From the human T2T-CHM13v2.0 reference genome, Homo sapiens, in assembly GCF_009914755.1 (NCBI RefSeq), contig NC_060934.1: a DNA stretch of 64,000 nt; one strand, given 5' to 3'. Of the stretch, positions 1-14,400 are shown one piece after another. The stretch's first letter is position 1; every line of letters begins with the position of its first letter. The position numbers were made by a program, and so were the translations under genes. The notes below the pieces were generated by a model. It was not told where the DNA came from, made no database searches, and saw nothing but the letters and a program-made list of their open reading frames with translations.

Positions 1-1279
1 GGAAACTCTCTGGTTGTAAAGTCTGCAAGTGCATATTTGGACTTCTTTGAGGCCTTCGTTGGAAATGGGATTTCTTCATATAATGCCAAACAGAAGAATT
101 CTCAGTCACCTCTTTGTATTGTGTGTATTGATCTCACAGATTTGAACCTTCCTTTAGACAGAGTAGTTTTGAAACACTCTTTCTGTGGAATTCGCAAATG
201 GAGATTTCATGTGATTTGAGGCCAATCTTTGAAATGGAAATATCTTCGTGTAAAATTAGACAGAATCATTCTCAGAAACTACTTTGTGATGTGTGCGTTC
301 AGCTCACAGAGTTTCACCTTTCTTTTCATAGGTCAGTTTGGAAAGACTCTCTCTGTAATGTCTGCTACTGAATACTTGGACCCCTTTGAGGTCTTCGTTG
401 GAAGCGGAATTTTTTCATATACTGCTGGACAGAATAATTCTCAGTAAATCTTTGTTCTGTGTGTATTCAACACACAGAGTTGAACCTTCCTTTATCCAGA
501 GCAGTTTTGAAACACTCTTTCTGTGGAATTTGCAAGTGGAGATTTCAAGTGATTTGAGGCCAATCTTTGAAATGGAAATATCTTCGTGTAAAATTATACA
601 GAATCATTGTCAGAAACTAGTTTGTGATGTGTGCGTTCAGCTCACAGAGTTTCACCTTTCTTTTCATAGAGCAGTTTGTAAAGACTCTGTTTGTAATGTC
701 TGCTAGTGAATACTTGGACCCCTTTGAGGCCTTCGTTAGAAGCGGAATTTTTTCATATACTGCTAGACAGAAGAATTCTCAGTAAATCTTTGTGCTGTGT
801 GTATTCAACACACAGAGTTGAACCATCCTTTATCCTGAGCAGTTTTGAAACACTCTTTGTGTGGAATTTGCAAGTGGAGAATTCAAGCGATTTGAGGCCA
901 ATCTTAGACATGGAAATATCTTCGTAGTAAAACTACACAGAGTCATTCGCAGAAACTAGTTTCTGATGTGTGCCTTCAACTCACAGAATTTAATCTTTCT
1001 TTTAATAGAGCAGTTTGGAAACACATCATTTGTAAAGACTGCAAGTGGTTATTTGGACCTCTCTGAGGCCTTCGTTGGAAACGGGATTTCTTCATATAAC
1101 GCTAGACAGAAGAATTCTCAGTAACTTCTTTGTGTTGTGTGTATTCGACTCACAGGGTTGAACCTTTCTTTCAGAGAGCAGGTTTGAAACATTCTTTAAG
1201 TGGAATTTGCTAGTGTAGATTTCAAACGCTTCGAGGACAATGGTAGAAAAGGATATATCTTCGTATTAGAACGAGAGAA

Positions 1280-4200
1280 AATCATTCTCAGAAAACACTT
1301 TGTAATGTGTGCGTTCAACTCACAGAGTTTAACCTTTCTTTTAATCGAGCAGTTTGGAAACACTCTCTTTGTAATGTCTGCAAGTGGTTAATTGGCCCTC
1401 TTTGAGCCCTTCTTTGGAAACGAGATTTCCTCACATAAGGCTAGACAGAAGAATTCTCAGTAACTTCTTTGTGTTGTTTGTATTCAACTCACGGATTTGA
1501 ACCTTCCTTTAGAGAGAGCAGATTTGAAACACTCTTTTTTTGGAATTTGCAAGGGCAGATTTCAAGCGCTTCTAGGCCTATGGCAGAAAAGGAAATATCT
1601 TCGTATAAAAACTACACAGAATCATTCTCAAGAACTACTTTGTGATGTGTGCGTTCAACTCACAGATTTTAACCTTTCTTTTAATCGAGCAGTTTGGAAA
1701 CACTCTGTTTGTAAAGTCTGCAAGTGCATATTTGGACTTCTTTGAGGCCTTCGTTGGAAACGGGATTTCTTCATATACTGCTAGACAGAAGAATTCTCAG
1801 TCACTTCTTTGTGTTGTGTGTAGTCAAGTCACAGAGTTGTACCTTCATTTAGACAGAGCAGTTTTGAAAAACTCTTTCTGTGGAATTTGCAAGTGGAGAT
1901 TACATGCGATTTAAGGCCAATCTTTGAAATGGAAATATCTCCGTGTAAAAACTAGACAGAATCATTCTCAGAAACTACTTTGTGATGTGTGCGTTCAACT
2001 CACAGGGTTTAACCTTTCTTTTCATAGAGCAGTTTGGAAACACTCTGGTTGTAAAGTCTGCAAGTGCATATTTGGACTTCTTTGAGGCCTTCGTTGGAAA
2101 TGGGATTTCTTCATATAATGCCAGACAGAAGAATTCTCAGTCACCTCTTCGTGTTGTGTGTATTGATCTCACAGATTTGAACCTTCCTGTAGACAGAGTA
2201 GTTTTGAAAAACTCTTTCTGTGGAATTTGCAAGTGGAGATTTCATGTGATTTGAGGCCAATCTTTGAAATGGAATTATCTTCGTGTAAAATTAGACAGAA
2301 TCATTCTCAGAAACTACTTTGTGATGTGTGCGTTCAGCTCACAGAGTTTCACCTTTCTTTTCATAGAGCAGTTTGGAAAGACTCTCTCTGTAATGTCTGC
2401 TCCTGAATACTTGGACCCCTTTGAGGTCTTCGTTGGAAGCGGAATTTTTTCATATACTGCTGGACAGAATAATTCTCAGTAAAACTTTGTGCTGTGTGTA
2501 TTCAACACACAGAGTTGAACCTTCCTTTATCCAGAGCAGTTTTGAAACACTCTTTCTGTGGAATTTGCAAGTGGAGATTTCAAGCGATTTGACACCAATC
2601 TTAGTCATGGAAATATCTTCGTAGTAAAACTACACAGAGTCATTCGGAGAAACTAGTTTCTGATGTGTGCCTTGAACTCACAGAATTTAACCTTTCTTTT
2701 AATAGAGCAGTTTGGAAACACTTTATTTGTAAAGTCTGCAAGTGGATATTTGGACCTCTCTGAGGCCTTCGTTGGAAACGGGATTTCTTCATATAACGCT
2801 AGACAGAAGAATTCTCAGTAACTTCTTTGTGTTGTGTGTATTCTACTCACAGGGTTGAACCTTTCTTTACAGAGAGCAGATTTGAAACATTCTTTCCGTG
2901 GAATTTGCTAGTGCAGATTTCAAACGCTTCGAGGACAATGGTAGAAAAGATATATCTTCGTATTAGAACGAGAGAAAATCATTCTCAGAAAACACTTTGT
3001 AATGTGTGCGTTCAACTCACAGAGTTTAACCTTTCTTTTAATCGAGCAGTTTGGAAACACTCTCTTTGTAATGTCTGCAAGTGGTTAATTGGCCCTCTTT
3101 GAGCCCTCCTTTGGAAACGAGATTTCCTCACATAATGCTAGACAGAAGAATTCTCAGTAACTTCTTTGTGTTGTTTGTATTCAACTCACGGATTTGAACC
3201 TTCCTTTAGAGAGAGCAGATTTGAAACACTCTTTTTTTGGAATTTGCAAGGGCAGATTTCAAGCGCTTCTAGGCCTATGGCAGAAAAGGAAATATCTTCG
3301 TATAAAAACTACACAGAATCATTCTCAAGAATTACTTTGTGATGTGTGCGTTCAACTCACAGATTTTAACCTTTCTTTTAATCGAGCAGTTTGGAAACAC
3401 TCTGTTTGTAAAGTCTGCAAGTGCATATTTGGACTTCTTTGAGGCCTTCGTTGGAAACGGGATTTCTTCATATACTGCTAGACAGAAGAATTCTCAGTCA
3501 CTTCTTTGTGTTGTGTGTATTCAAGTCACAGAGTTGAACCTTCATTTAGACAGAGCAGTTTTGAAAAACTCTTTCTGTGGAATTTGCAAGTGGAGATTAC
3601 ATGCGATTTAAGGCCAATCTTTGAAATGGAAATATCTCCGTGTAAAAACTAGACAGAATCATTCTCAGAAACTACTTTGTGATGTGTGCGTTCAACTCAC
3701 AGGGTTTAACCTTTCTTTTCATAGAGCAGTTTGGAAACACTCTGATTGTAAAGTCTGCAAGTGCATATTTGGACTTCTTTGAGGCCTTCGTTGGAAATGG
3801 GATTTCTTCATATAATGCCAGACAGAAGAATTCTCAGTCACCTCTTTGTGTTGTGTGTATTGATCTCACAGATTTGAACCTTCCTTTAGACAGAGTAGTT
3901 TTGAAAAACTCTTTCTGTGGAATTTGCAAGTGGAGATTTCATGTGATTTGAGGCCAATCTTTGAAATGGAAATATCTTCGTGTAAAATTAGACAGAATCA
4001 TTCTCAGAAACTACTTTGTGATGTGTGCGTTCAGCTCACAGAGTTTCACCTTTCTTTTCATAGATCAGTTTAGAAAGACTCTCTCTGTAATGTCTGCTAC
4101 TGAATACTTGGACCCCTTTGAGGTCTTCGTTGGAAGCGGAATTTTTTCATATACTGCTGGACAGAATAATTCTCAGTAAATCTTTGTGCTGTGTGTATTC

Positions 4201-7200
4201 AACACACAGAGTTGAACCTTCCTTTATCCAGAGCAGTTTTGAAACACTCTTTCTGTGGAATTTGCAAGTGGAGATTTCAAGCGATTTGACGCCAATCTTA
4301 GTCATGGAAATATCTTCGTAGTAAAACTACACAGAGTCATTCGCAGAAACTAGTTTCTGATGTGTGCCTTCAACTCACAGAATTTAACCTTTCTTTTAAT
4401 AGAGCAGTTTGGAAACACTCTATTTGTAAAGTCTGCAAGTGGATATTTGGACCTCTCTGAGGCCTTCGTTGGAAACGGGATTTCTTCATATAACGCCAGA
4501 CAGAAGAATTCTCAGTAACTTCTTTGTGTTGTGTGTATTCAACTCACAGGGTTGAACCTTTCTTTACAGAGAGCAGATTTGAAACATTCTTTCCGTGGAA
4601 TTTGCTAGTGCAGATTTCAAACGCTTCGAGGACAATGGTAGAAAAGGATATATCTTCGTATTAGAACGAGAGAAAATCATTCTCAGAAAACACTTTGTAA
4701 TGTGTGCGTTCAACTCACAGAGTTTAACCTTTCTTTTAATCGAGCAGTTTGGAAACACTCTCTTTGTAATGTCTGCAAGTGGTTAATTGGCCCTCTTTGA
4801 GGCCTTCTTTGGAAACGAGATTTCCTCACATAATGCTAGACAGAAGAATTCTCAGTAACTTCTTTGTGTTGTTTGTATTCAACTCACGGATTTGAACCTT
4901 CCTTTAGAGAGAGCAGATTTGAAACACTCTTTTTTGGGAATTTGCAAGGCCAGATTTCAAGCGCTTCTAGGCCTATGGCAGAAAAGGAAATATCTTCGTA
5001 TAAAAACTACACAGAATCATTCTCGAGAACTACTTTGTGATGTGTGCGTTCAACTCACAGATTTTAACCTTTCTTTTAATCGAGCAGTTTGGAAACACTC
5101 TGGTTGTAAAGTCTGCAAGTGCATATTTGGACTTCTTTGAGGCCTTCATTGGAAACGGGATTTCTTCATATAATGCTAGACAGAAGAATTCTCAGTCACC
5201 TCTTTGTGTTGTGTGTATTGATCTCACAGATTTGAACCTTCCTTTAGACAGAGCAGTTTTGAAAAACTCTTTCTGTGGAATTTGCAAGTGGAGATTTCAA
5301 GAGATTTGAGGCCAATCTTTGAAATGGAAATATCTTCGTGTAAAATTAGACAGAATCATTGTCAGAAACTAGTTTGTGATGTGTGCGTTCAGCTCACAGA
5401 GTTCCACCTTTCTTTTCATAGATCAGTTTGGAAAGACTCTCTCTGTAATGTCTGCTACTGAATACTTGGACCCCTTTGAGGTCTTCGTTGGAAGCGGAAT
5501 TTTTTCATATACTGCTGGACACAATAATTCTCAGTAAATCTTTGTGCTGTGTGTATTCAACACACACAGTTGAACCTTCCTTTATCCAGAGCAGTTTTGA
5601 AACACTCTTTCTGTGGAATTTACAAGTGGAGATTTCAAGCGATTTGACGCCAATCTTAGTGATGGAAATATCTTCGTAGTAAAACTACACAGAGTCATTC
5701 GCAGAAACTAGTTTCTGATGTGTGCCTTCAACTCACAGAATTTAACCTTTCTTGTAATAGAGCGGTTTGGAAACACTCTATTTGTAAAGTCTGCAAGTGG
5801 ACATTTGGATCTCTCTGAGGCCTTCGTTGGAAACGGGATTTCTTCATATATCGCTAGACAGAAGAATTCTCAGTAACTTCTTTGTGTTGTGTGTATTCAA
5901 CTCACAGGGATGAACCTTTCTTTACAGAGAGCAGATTTGAAACATTCTTTCCGTGGAATTTGCTAGTGCAGATTTCAAACGCTTCGAGGACAATGGTAGA
6001 AAAGGATATATCTTCGTATTAGAACGAGAGAAAATCATTCTCAGAAAACACTTTGTAATGTGTGCGTTCAACTCACAGAGTTTAACCTTTCTTTTAATCG
6101 AGCAGTTTGGAAACACTCTCTTTGTAATGTCTGCAAGTGGTTAATTGGCCCTCTTTGAGCCCTTCTTTGGAAATGAGATTTCCTCACATAAGGCTAGACA
6201 GAAGAATTCTCAGTAACTTCTTTGTGTTGTTTGTATTCAACTCACGGATTTGAACCTTCCTTTAGAGAGAGCAGATTCGAAACACTCTTTTTTTTGAATT
6301 TGCAAGGCCAGATTTCAAGCGCTTCTAGGCCTATGGCAGAAAAGGAAATATCTTCGTATAAAAACTACACAGAATCATTCTCAAGAACTACTTTGTGATG
6401 TGTGCGTTCAACTCACAGATTTTAACCTTTCTTTTAATCGAGCAGTTTGGAAACACTCTGTTTGTAAAGTCTGCAAGTGCATATTTGGACTTCTTTGAGG
6501 CCTTCGTTGGAAACGGGATTTCTTCATATACTGCTAGACAGAAGAATTCTCAGTCACTTCTTTGTGTTGTGTGTAGTCAAGTCACAGAGTTGAACCTTCA
6601 TTTAGACAGAGCAGTTTTGAAAAACTCTTTCTGTGGAATTTGCAAGTGGAGATTACATGCGATTTAAGGCCAATCTTTGAAATGGAAATATCTCCGTGTA
6701 AAAACTAGACAGAATCATTCTCAGAAACTACTTTGTGATGTGTGCGTTCAACTCACAGGGTTTAACCTTTCTTTTCATAGAGCAGTTTGGAAACACTCTG
6801 GTTGTAAAGTCTGCAAGTGCATATTTGGACTTCTTTGAGGCCTTCGTTGGAAATGGGATTTCTTCATATAACGCCAGACAGAATAATTCTCAGTCACCTC
6901 TTTGTGTTGTGTGTATTGATCTCACAGATTTGAACCTTCCTTTAGACAGAGTAGTTTTGAAAAACTCTTTCTGTGGAATTTGCAAGTGGAGATTTCATGT
7001 GATTTGACGCCAATCTTTGAAATGGAAATATCTTCGTGTAAAATTAGACAGAATCATTCTCAGAAACTACTTTGTGATGTGTGCGTTCAGCTCACAGAGT
7101 TTCACCTTTCTTTTCATAGATCAGTTTGGAAAGACACTCTCTGTAATGTCTGCTACTGAATACTTGGACCCCTTTGAGGTCTTCGTTGGAAGCGGAATTT

Positions 7201-10200
7201 TTTCATATACTGCTGGACAGAAAAATTCTCAGTAAAACTTTGTGCTGTGTGTATTCAGCTCACAGAGTTGAACCTTCCTTTATCCAGAGCAGTTTTGAAA
7301 CACTCTTTCTGTGGAATTTGCAAGTGGAGATTTCAAGCGATTTGACGCCAATCTTAGTCATGGAAATATCTTCGTAGTAAAACTACACAGAGTCATTCGC
7401 AGAAACTAGTTTCTGATGTGTGCCTTGAACTCACAGAATTTAACCTTTCTTTTAATAGAGCAGTTTGGAAACACTTTATTTGTAAAGTCTGCAAGTGGAT
7501 ATTTGGACCTCTCTGAGGCCTTCGTTGGAAACGGGATTTCTTCATATAACGCTAGACAGAAGAATTCTCAGTAACTTCTTTGTGTTGTGTGTATTCAACT
7601 CACAGGGTTGAACCTTTCTTTACAGAGAGCAGATTTGAAACATTCGTTCCGTGGAATTTGCTAGTGCAGATTTCAAACGCTTCGAGGACAATGGTAGAAA
7701 AGATATATCTTCGTATTAGAACGAGAGAAAATCATTCTCAGAAAACACTTTGTAATGTGTGCGTTCAACTCACAGAGTTTAACCTTTCTTTTAATCGAGC
7801 AGTTTGGAAACACTCTCTTTGTAATGTCTGCAAGTGGTTAATTGGCCCTCTTTGAGCCCTCCTTTGGAAACGAGATTTCCTCACATAATGCTAGACAGAA
7901 GAATTCTCAGTAACTTCTTTGTGTTGTTTGTATTCAACTCACGGATTTGAACCTTCCTTTAGAGAGAGCAGATTTGAAACACTCTTTTTTTGGAATTTGC
8001 AAGGGCAGATTTCAAGCGCTTCTAGGCCTATGGCAGAAAAGGAAATATCTTCGTATAAAAACTACACAGAATCATTCTCAAGAATTACTTTGTGATGTGT
8101 GCGTTCAACTCACAGATTTTAACCTTTCTTTTAATCGAGCAGTTTGGAAACACTCTGTTTGTAAAGTCTGCAAGTGCATATTTGGACTTCTTTGAGGCCT
8201 TCGTTGGAAACGGGATTTCTTCATATACTGCTAGACAGAAGAATTCTCAGTCACTTCTTTGTGTTGTGTGTATTCAAGTCACAGAGTTGAACCTTCATTT
8301 AGACAGAGCAGTTTTGAAAAACTCTTTCTGTGGAATTTGCAATTGGAGATTACATGCGATTTAAGGCCAATCTTTGAAATAGAAATATCTCCGTGTAAAA
8401 ACTAGACAGAATCATTCTCAGAAACTACTTTGTGATGTGTGCGTTCAACTCACAAGGTTTAACCTTTCTTTTCATAGAGCAGTTTGGAAACACTCTGGTT
8501 GTAAATTCTGCAAGTGCATATTTGGACTTCTTTGAGGCCTTCGTTGGAAATGGGATTTCTTCATATAATGCCAGACAGAAGAATTCTCAGTCACCTCTTT
8601 GTGTTGTGTGTATTGATCTCACAGATTTGAACCTTCCTTTAGACAGAATAGTTTTGAAAAACTCTTTCTGTGGAATTTGCAAGTGGAGATTTCATGTGAT
8701 TTGAGGCCAATCTTTGAAATGGAAATATCTTCGTGTAAAATTAGACAGAATCATTCTCAGAAACTACTTTGTGAAGTGTGCGTTCAGCTCACAGAGTTTC
8801 ACCTTTCTTTTCATAGATCAGTTTAGAAAGACTCTCTCTGTAATGTCTGCTACTGAATACTTGGACCCCTTTGAGGTCTTCGTTGGAAGCGGAATTTTTT
8901 CATATACTGCTGGACAGAATAATTCTCAGTAAATCTTTGTGCTGTGTGTATTCAACACACAGAGTTGAACCTTCCTTTATCCAGAGCAGTTTTGAAACAC
9001 TCTTTCTGTGGAATTTGCAAGTGGAGATTTCAAGCGATTTGACGCCAATCTTAGTCATGGAAATATCTTCGTAGTAAAACTACACAGAGTCATTCGCAGA
9101 AACTAGTTTCTGATGTGTGCCTTCAACTCACAGAATTTAACCTTTCTTTTAATAGAGCAGTTTGGAAACACTCTATTTGTAAAGTCTGCAAGTGGATATT
9201 TGGACCTCTCTGAGGCCTTCGTTGGAAATGGGATTTCTTCATATAACGCCAGACAGAAGAATTCTCAGTAACTTGTTTGTGTTGTGTGTATTCAACTCAC
9301 AGGGTTGAACCTTTCTTTACAGAGAGCAGATTTGAAACATTCTTTCCGTGGAATTTGCTAGTGCAGATTTCAAACGCTTCGAGGACAATGGTAGAAAAGG
9401 ATATATCTTCGTATTAGAACGAGAGAAAATCATTCTCAGAAAACACTTTGTAATGTGTGCGTTCAACTCACAGAGTTTAACCTTTCTTTTAATCGAGCAG
9501 TTTGGAAACACTCTCTTTGTAATGTCTGCAAGTGGTTAATTGGCCCTCATTGAGGCCTTCTTTGGAAACGAGATTTCCTCACATAATGCTAGACAGAAGA
9601 ATTCTCAGTAACTTCTTTGTGTTGTTTGTATTCAACTCACGGATTTGAACCTTCCTTTAGAGAGAGCAGATTTGAAACACTCTTTTTTGGGAATTTGCAA
9701 GGCCAGATTTCAAGCGCTTCTAGGCCTATGGCAGAAAAGGAAATATCTTCGTATAAAAACTACACAGAATCATTCTCAAGAACTACTTTGTGATGTGTGC
9801 GTTCAACTCACAGATTTTAACCTTTCTTTTAATCGAGCAGTTTGGAAACACTCTGGTTGTAAAGTCTGCAAGTGCATATTTGGACTTCTTTGAGGCCTTC
9901 GTTGGAACCGGGATTTCTTCATATAATGCTAGACAGAAGAATTCTCAGTCACCTCTTTGTGTTGTGTGTAGTCAAGTCACAGAGTTGAACCTTCCTTTAG
10001 ACAGAGCAGTTTTGAAAAACTCTTTCTGTGGAATTTGCAAGTGGAGATTACATGCGATTTAAGGCCAATCTTTGAAATGGAAATATCTCCGTGTAAAAAC
10101 TAGACAGAATCATTCTCAGAAACTACTTTGTGATGTGTGCGTTCAACTCACAGGGTTTAACCTTTCTTTTCATAGAGCAGTTTGGAAACACTCTGGTTGT

Positions 10201-11465
10201 AAAGTCTGCAAGTGCATATTTGGACTTCTTTGAGGCCTTCGTTGGAAATGGGATTTCTTCATATAATGCCAGACAGAAGAATTCTCAGTCACCTCTTTGT
10301 GTTGTGTGTATTGATCTCACAGATTTGAACCTTCCTTTAGACAGAGTAGTTTTGAAAAACTCTTTCTGTGGAATTTGCAAGTGGAGATTTCATGTGATTT
10401 GAGGCCAATCTTTGAAATGGAAATATCTTCGTGTAAAATTAGACAGAATCATTCTCAGAAACTACTTTGTGAAGTGTGCGTTCAGCTCACAGAGTTTCAC
10501 CTTTCTTTTCATAGATCAGTTTAGAAAGACTCTCTCTGTAATGTCTGCTACTGAATACTTGGACCCCTTTGAGGTCTTCGTTGGAAGCGGAATTTTTTCA
10601 TATACTGCTGGACAGAAAAATTCTCAGTAAAACTTTGTGCTGTGTGTATTCAACACACAGAGTTGAACCTTCCTTTATCCAGAGCAGTTTTGAAACACTC
10701 TTTGTGTGGAATTTGCAAGTGGAGAATTCAAGCGATTTGAGGCCAATCTTAGTCATGGAAATATCTTCGTAGTAAAACTACACAGAGTCATTCGCAGAAA
10801 CTAGTTTCTGATGTGTGCCTTGAACTCACAGAGTTTAATCTTTCTTTTAATAGAGCAGTTTGGAAACACTCCATTTGTAAAGTCTGCAAGTGGTTATTTG
10901 GACCTCTCTGAGGCCTTCGTTGGAAACGGAATTTCTTCATATAACGCTAGACAGAAGAATTCTCAGTAACTTCTTTGTGTTGTGTGTATTCAACTCACAG
11001 GGTTGAACCTTTCTTTACAGAGAGCAGATTTGAAACATTCTTTCCGTGGAATTTGCTAGTGCAGATTTCAAACGCTTCGAGGACAATGGTAGAAAAGGAT
11101 ATATCTTCGTATTAGAACGAGAGAAAATCATTCTCAGAAAACAGTTTGTAATGTGTGCGTTCAACTCACAGAGTTTAACCTTTCTTTTAATCGAGCAGTT
11201 TGGAAACACTCTCTTTGTAATGTCTGCAAGTGGTTAATTGGCCCTCTTTGAGCCCTTCTTTGGAAACGAGATTTCCTCACATAATGCTAGACAGAAGAAT
11301 TCTCAGTAACTTCTTTGTGTTGTTTGTATTCAACTCACGGATTTGAACCTTCCTTTAGAGAGAGCAAATTTGAAACACTCTTTTTTTGGAATTTGCAAGG
11401 GCAGATTTCAAGCGCTTCTAGGCCTATGGCAGAAAAGGAAATATCTTCGTATAAAAACTACACAG
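1280..11465 (+). repeat. Left array, 10-mer-dominated domain (a-b-c-d-e, 1,697-1,698 bp) with one 8-mer
   Basis: Starts of the a-type ORF: 1642, 3339, 5037, 6395, 8092, 9790, 11488. Spacings: 1697, 1698, 1358, 1697, 1698, 1698. Confidence 0.92.
1749..1765 (+). promoter_or_regulatory. Canonical CENP-B box (representative; intact mainly in dimers a/a' and d/d' of the left array)
   Basis: CTTCGTTGGAAACGGGA matches the 17-bp box with all nine essential bases (NTTCGNNNNANNCGGGN). Confidence 0.95.
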
Positions 11466-14400
11466 AATCATTCTCAAGAACTACTTTGTGATGTGTGCGT
11501 TCAACTCACAGATTTTAACCTTTCTTTTAATCGACCAGTTTGGAAACACTCTGGTTGTAAAGTCTGCAAGTGCATATTTGGACTTCTTTGAGGCCTTCGT
11601 TGGAAACGGGATTTCTTCATATACTGCTAGACAGAAGAATTCTCAGTCACTTCTTTGTGTTGTGTGTATTCAAGTCACAGAGTTGAACCTTCCTTTAGAC
11701 AGAGCAGTTTTGAAAAACTCTTTCTGTGGAATTTGCAATTGGAGATTTCAAGTGATTTGAGGCCAATCTTTGAAATGGAAATATCTTCGTGTAAAATTAG
11801 ACAGAATCATTGTCAGAAACTACTTTGTGATGTGTGCGTTCAGCTCACAGAGTTTCACCTTTCTTTTCATAGAGCAGTTTGGAAAGACTCTGTTTGTAAT
11901 GTCTGCTAGTGAATACTTGGACCCCTTTGAGGCCTTCGTTGGAAGCGGAATTTTTTCATATACTGCTAGACAGAAGAATTCTCAGTAAATCTTTGTGCTG
12001 TGTGTATTCAACACACAGAGTTGAACCATCCTTTATCCTGAGCAGTTTTGAAACACTCTTTGTGTGGAATTTGCAAGTGGAGAATTCAAGCGATTTGAGG
12101 CCAATCTTAGACATGGAAATATCTTCGTAGTAAAACTACACAGAGTCATTCGCAGAAACTAGTTTCTGATGTGTGCCTTCAACTCACAGAGTTTAATCTT
12201 TCTTTTAATAGAGCAGTTTGGAAACACTACATTTGTAAAGTCTGCAAGTGGTTATTTGGACCTCTCTGAGGCCTTCGTTGGAAACGGAATTTCTTCATAT
12301 AACGCTAGACAGAAGAATTCTCACTAACTTCTTTGTGTTGTGTGTATTCAACTCTCAGGGTTGAACCTTTCTTTACAGAGAGCAGATTTGAAACATTCTT
12401 TCCGTGGAATTTGCTAGTGCAGATTTCAAACGCTTCGAGGACAATGGTAGAAAAGGATATATCTTCGTATAAAAACTACACAGAATCATTCTCAAGAACT
12501 ACTTTGTGATGTGTGTGTTCAACTCACAGATTTTAACCTTTCTTTTAATCGAGCAGTTTGGAAACACTCTGTTTGTAAAGTCTGCAAGTGCATATTTGGA
12601 CTTCTTTGAGGCCTTCGTTGGAAACGGGATTTCTTCATATACTGCTAGACAGAAGAATTCTCAGTCACTTCTTTGTGTTGTGTGTATTCAAGTCACAGAG
12701 TTGAACCTTCATTTAGACAGAGCAGTTTTGAAAAACTCTTTCTGTGGAATTTGCAAGTGGAGATTTCATGCGATTTAAGGCCAATCTTTGAAATGGAAAT
12801 ATCTCCGTGTAAAAACTAGACAGAATCATTCTGAGAAACTACTTTGTGATGTGTGCGTTCAACTCACAGGGTTTAACCTTTCTTTTCATAGAGCAGTTTG
12901 GAAACACTCTGGTTGTAAAGTCTGCAAGTGCATATTTGGACTTCTTTGAGGCCTTCGTTGGAAATGGGATTTCTTCATATAATGCCAGACAGAAGAATTC
13001 TCAGTCACCTCTTTGTGTTGTGTGTATTGATCTCACAGATTTGAACCTTCCTTTAGACAGAGTAGGTTTGAAAAACTCTTTCTGTGGAATTTGCAAGTGG
13101 AGATTTCATGTGATTTGAGGCCAATCTTTGAAATGGAAATGTCTTCGTGTAAAATTAGACAGAATCATTCTCAGAAACTACTTTGTGATGTGTGCGTTCA
13201 GCTCACAGAGTTTCACCTTTCTTTTCATAGATCAGTTTGATAAGATTCTCTCTGTAATGTCTGCTACTGAATACTTGGACCCCTTTGAGGTCTTCGTTGG
13301 AAGCGGAATTTTTTCATATACTGCTGGACAGAATAATTCTCAGTAAATCTTTGTGCTGTGTGTATTCAACACACAGAGTTGAACCTTCCTTTATCCAGAG
13401 CAGTTTTGAAACACTCTTTCTGTGGAATTTGCAAGTGGAGATTTCAAGCGATTTGACGCCAATCTTAGTCATGGAAATATCTTCGTAGTAAAACTACACA
13501 GAGTCATTCGCAGAAACTAGTTTCTGATGTGTGCCTTCAACTCACAGAATTTAACCTTTCTTTTAATAGAGCAGTTTGGAAACACTCTATTTGTAAAGTC
13601 TGCAAGTGGATATTTGGACCTCTCTGAGGCCTTCGTTGGAAACGGGATTTCTTCATATAACGCTAGACAGAAGAATTCTCAGTAACTTCTTTGTGTTGTG
13701 TGTATTCAACTCACAGGGTTGAACCTTTCTTTACAGAGAGCAGATTTGAAACATTCTTTCCGTGGAATTTGCTAGTGCAGATTTCAAACGCTTCGAGGAC
13801 AATGGTAGAAAAGGATATATCTTCGTATAAAAACTACACAGAATCATTCTCAAGAACTACTTTGTGATGTGTGCGTTCAACTCACAGATTTTAACCTTTC
13901 TTTTAATCGAGCAGTTTGGAAACACTCTGTTTGTAAAGTCTGCAAATGCATATTTGGACTTCTTTGAGGCCTTCGTTGGAAACGGGATTTCTTCATATAA
14001 TGCCAGACAGAAGAATTCTCAGTCACCTCTTTGTGTTGTGTGTATTCATCTCACAAATTTGAACCTTCCTTTAGACAGAGCAGTTTTGAAAAACTCTTTC
14101 TGTGGAATTTGCAAGTGGAGATTTCAAGTGATTTGAGGCCAATCTTTGAAATGGAAATATCTTCGTGTAAAATTAGACAGAATCATTGTCAGAAACTACT
14201 TTGTGATGTGTGCGTTCAGCTCACAGAGTTTCACCTTTCTTTTCATAGAGCAGTTTGCAAAGACTCTGTTTGTAATGTCTGCTAATGAATACTTGGACCC
14301 CTTTGAGGCCTTCGTTGGAAGCGGAATTTTTTCATATACTGCTAGACAGAAGAATACTCAGTAAATCTTTGTGCTGTGTGTATTCAACACACAGAGTTGA

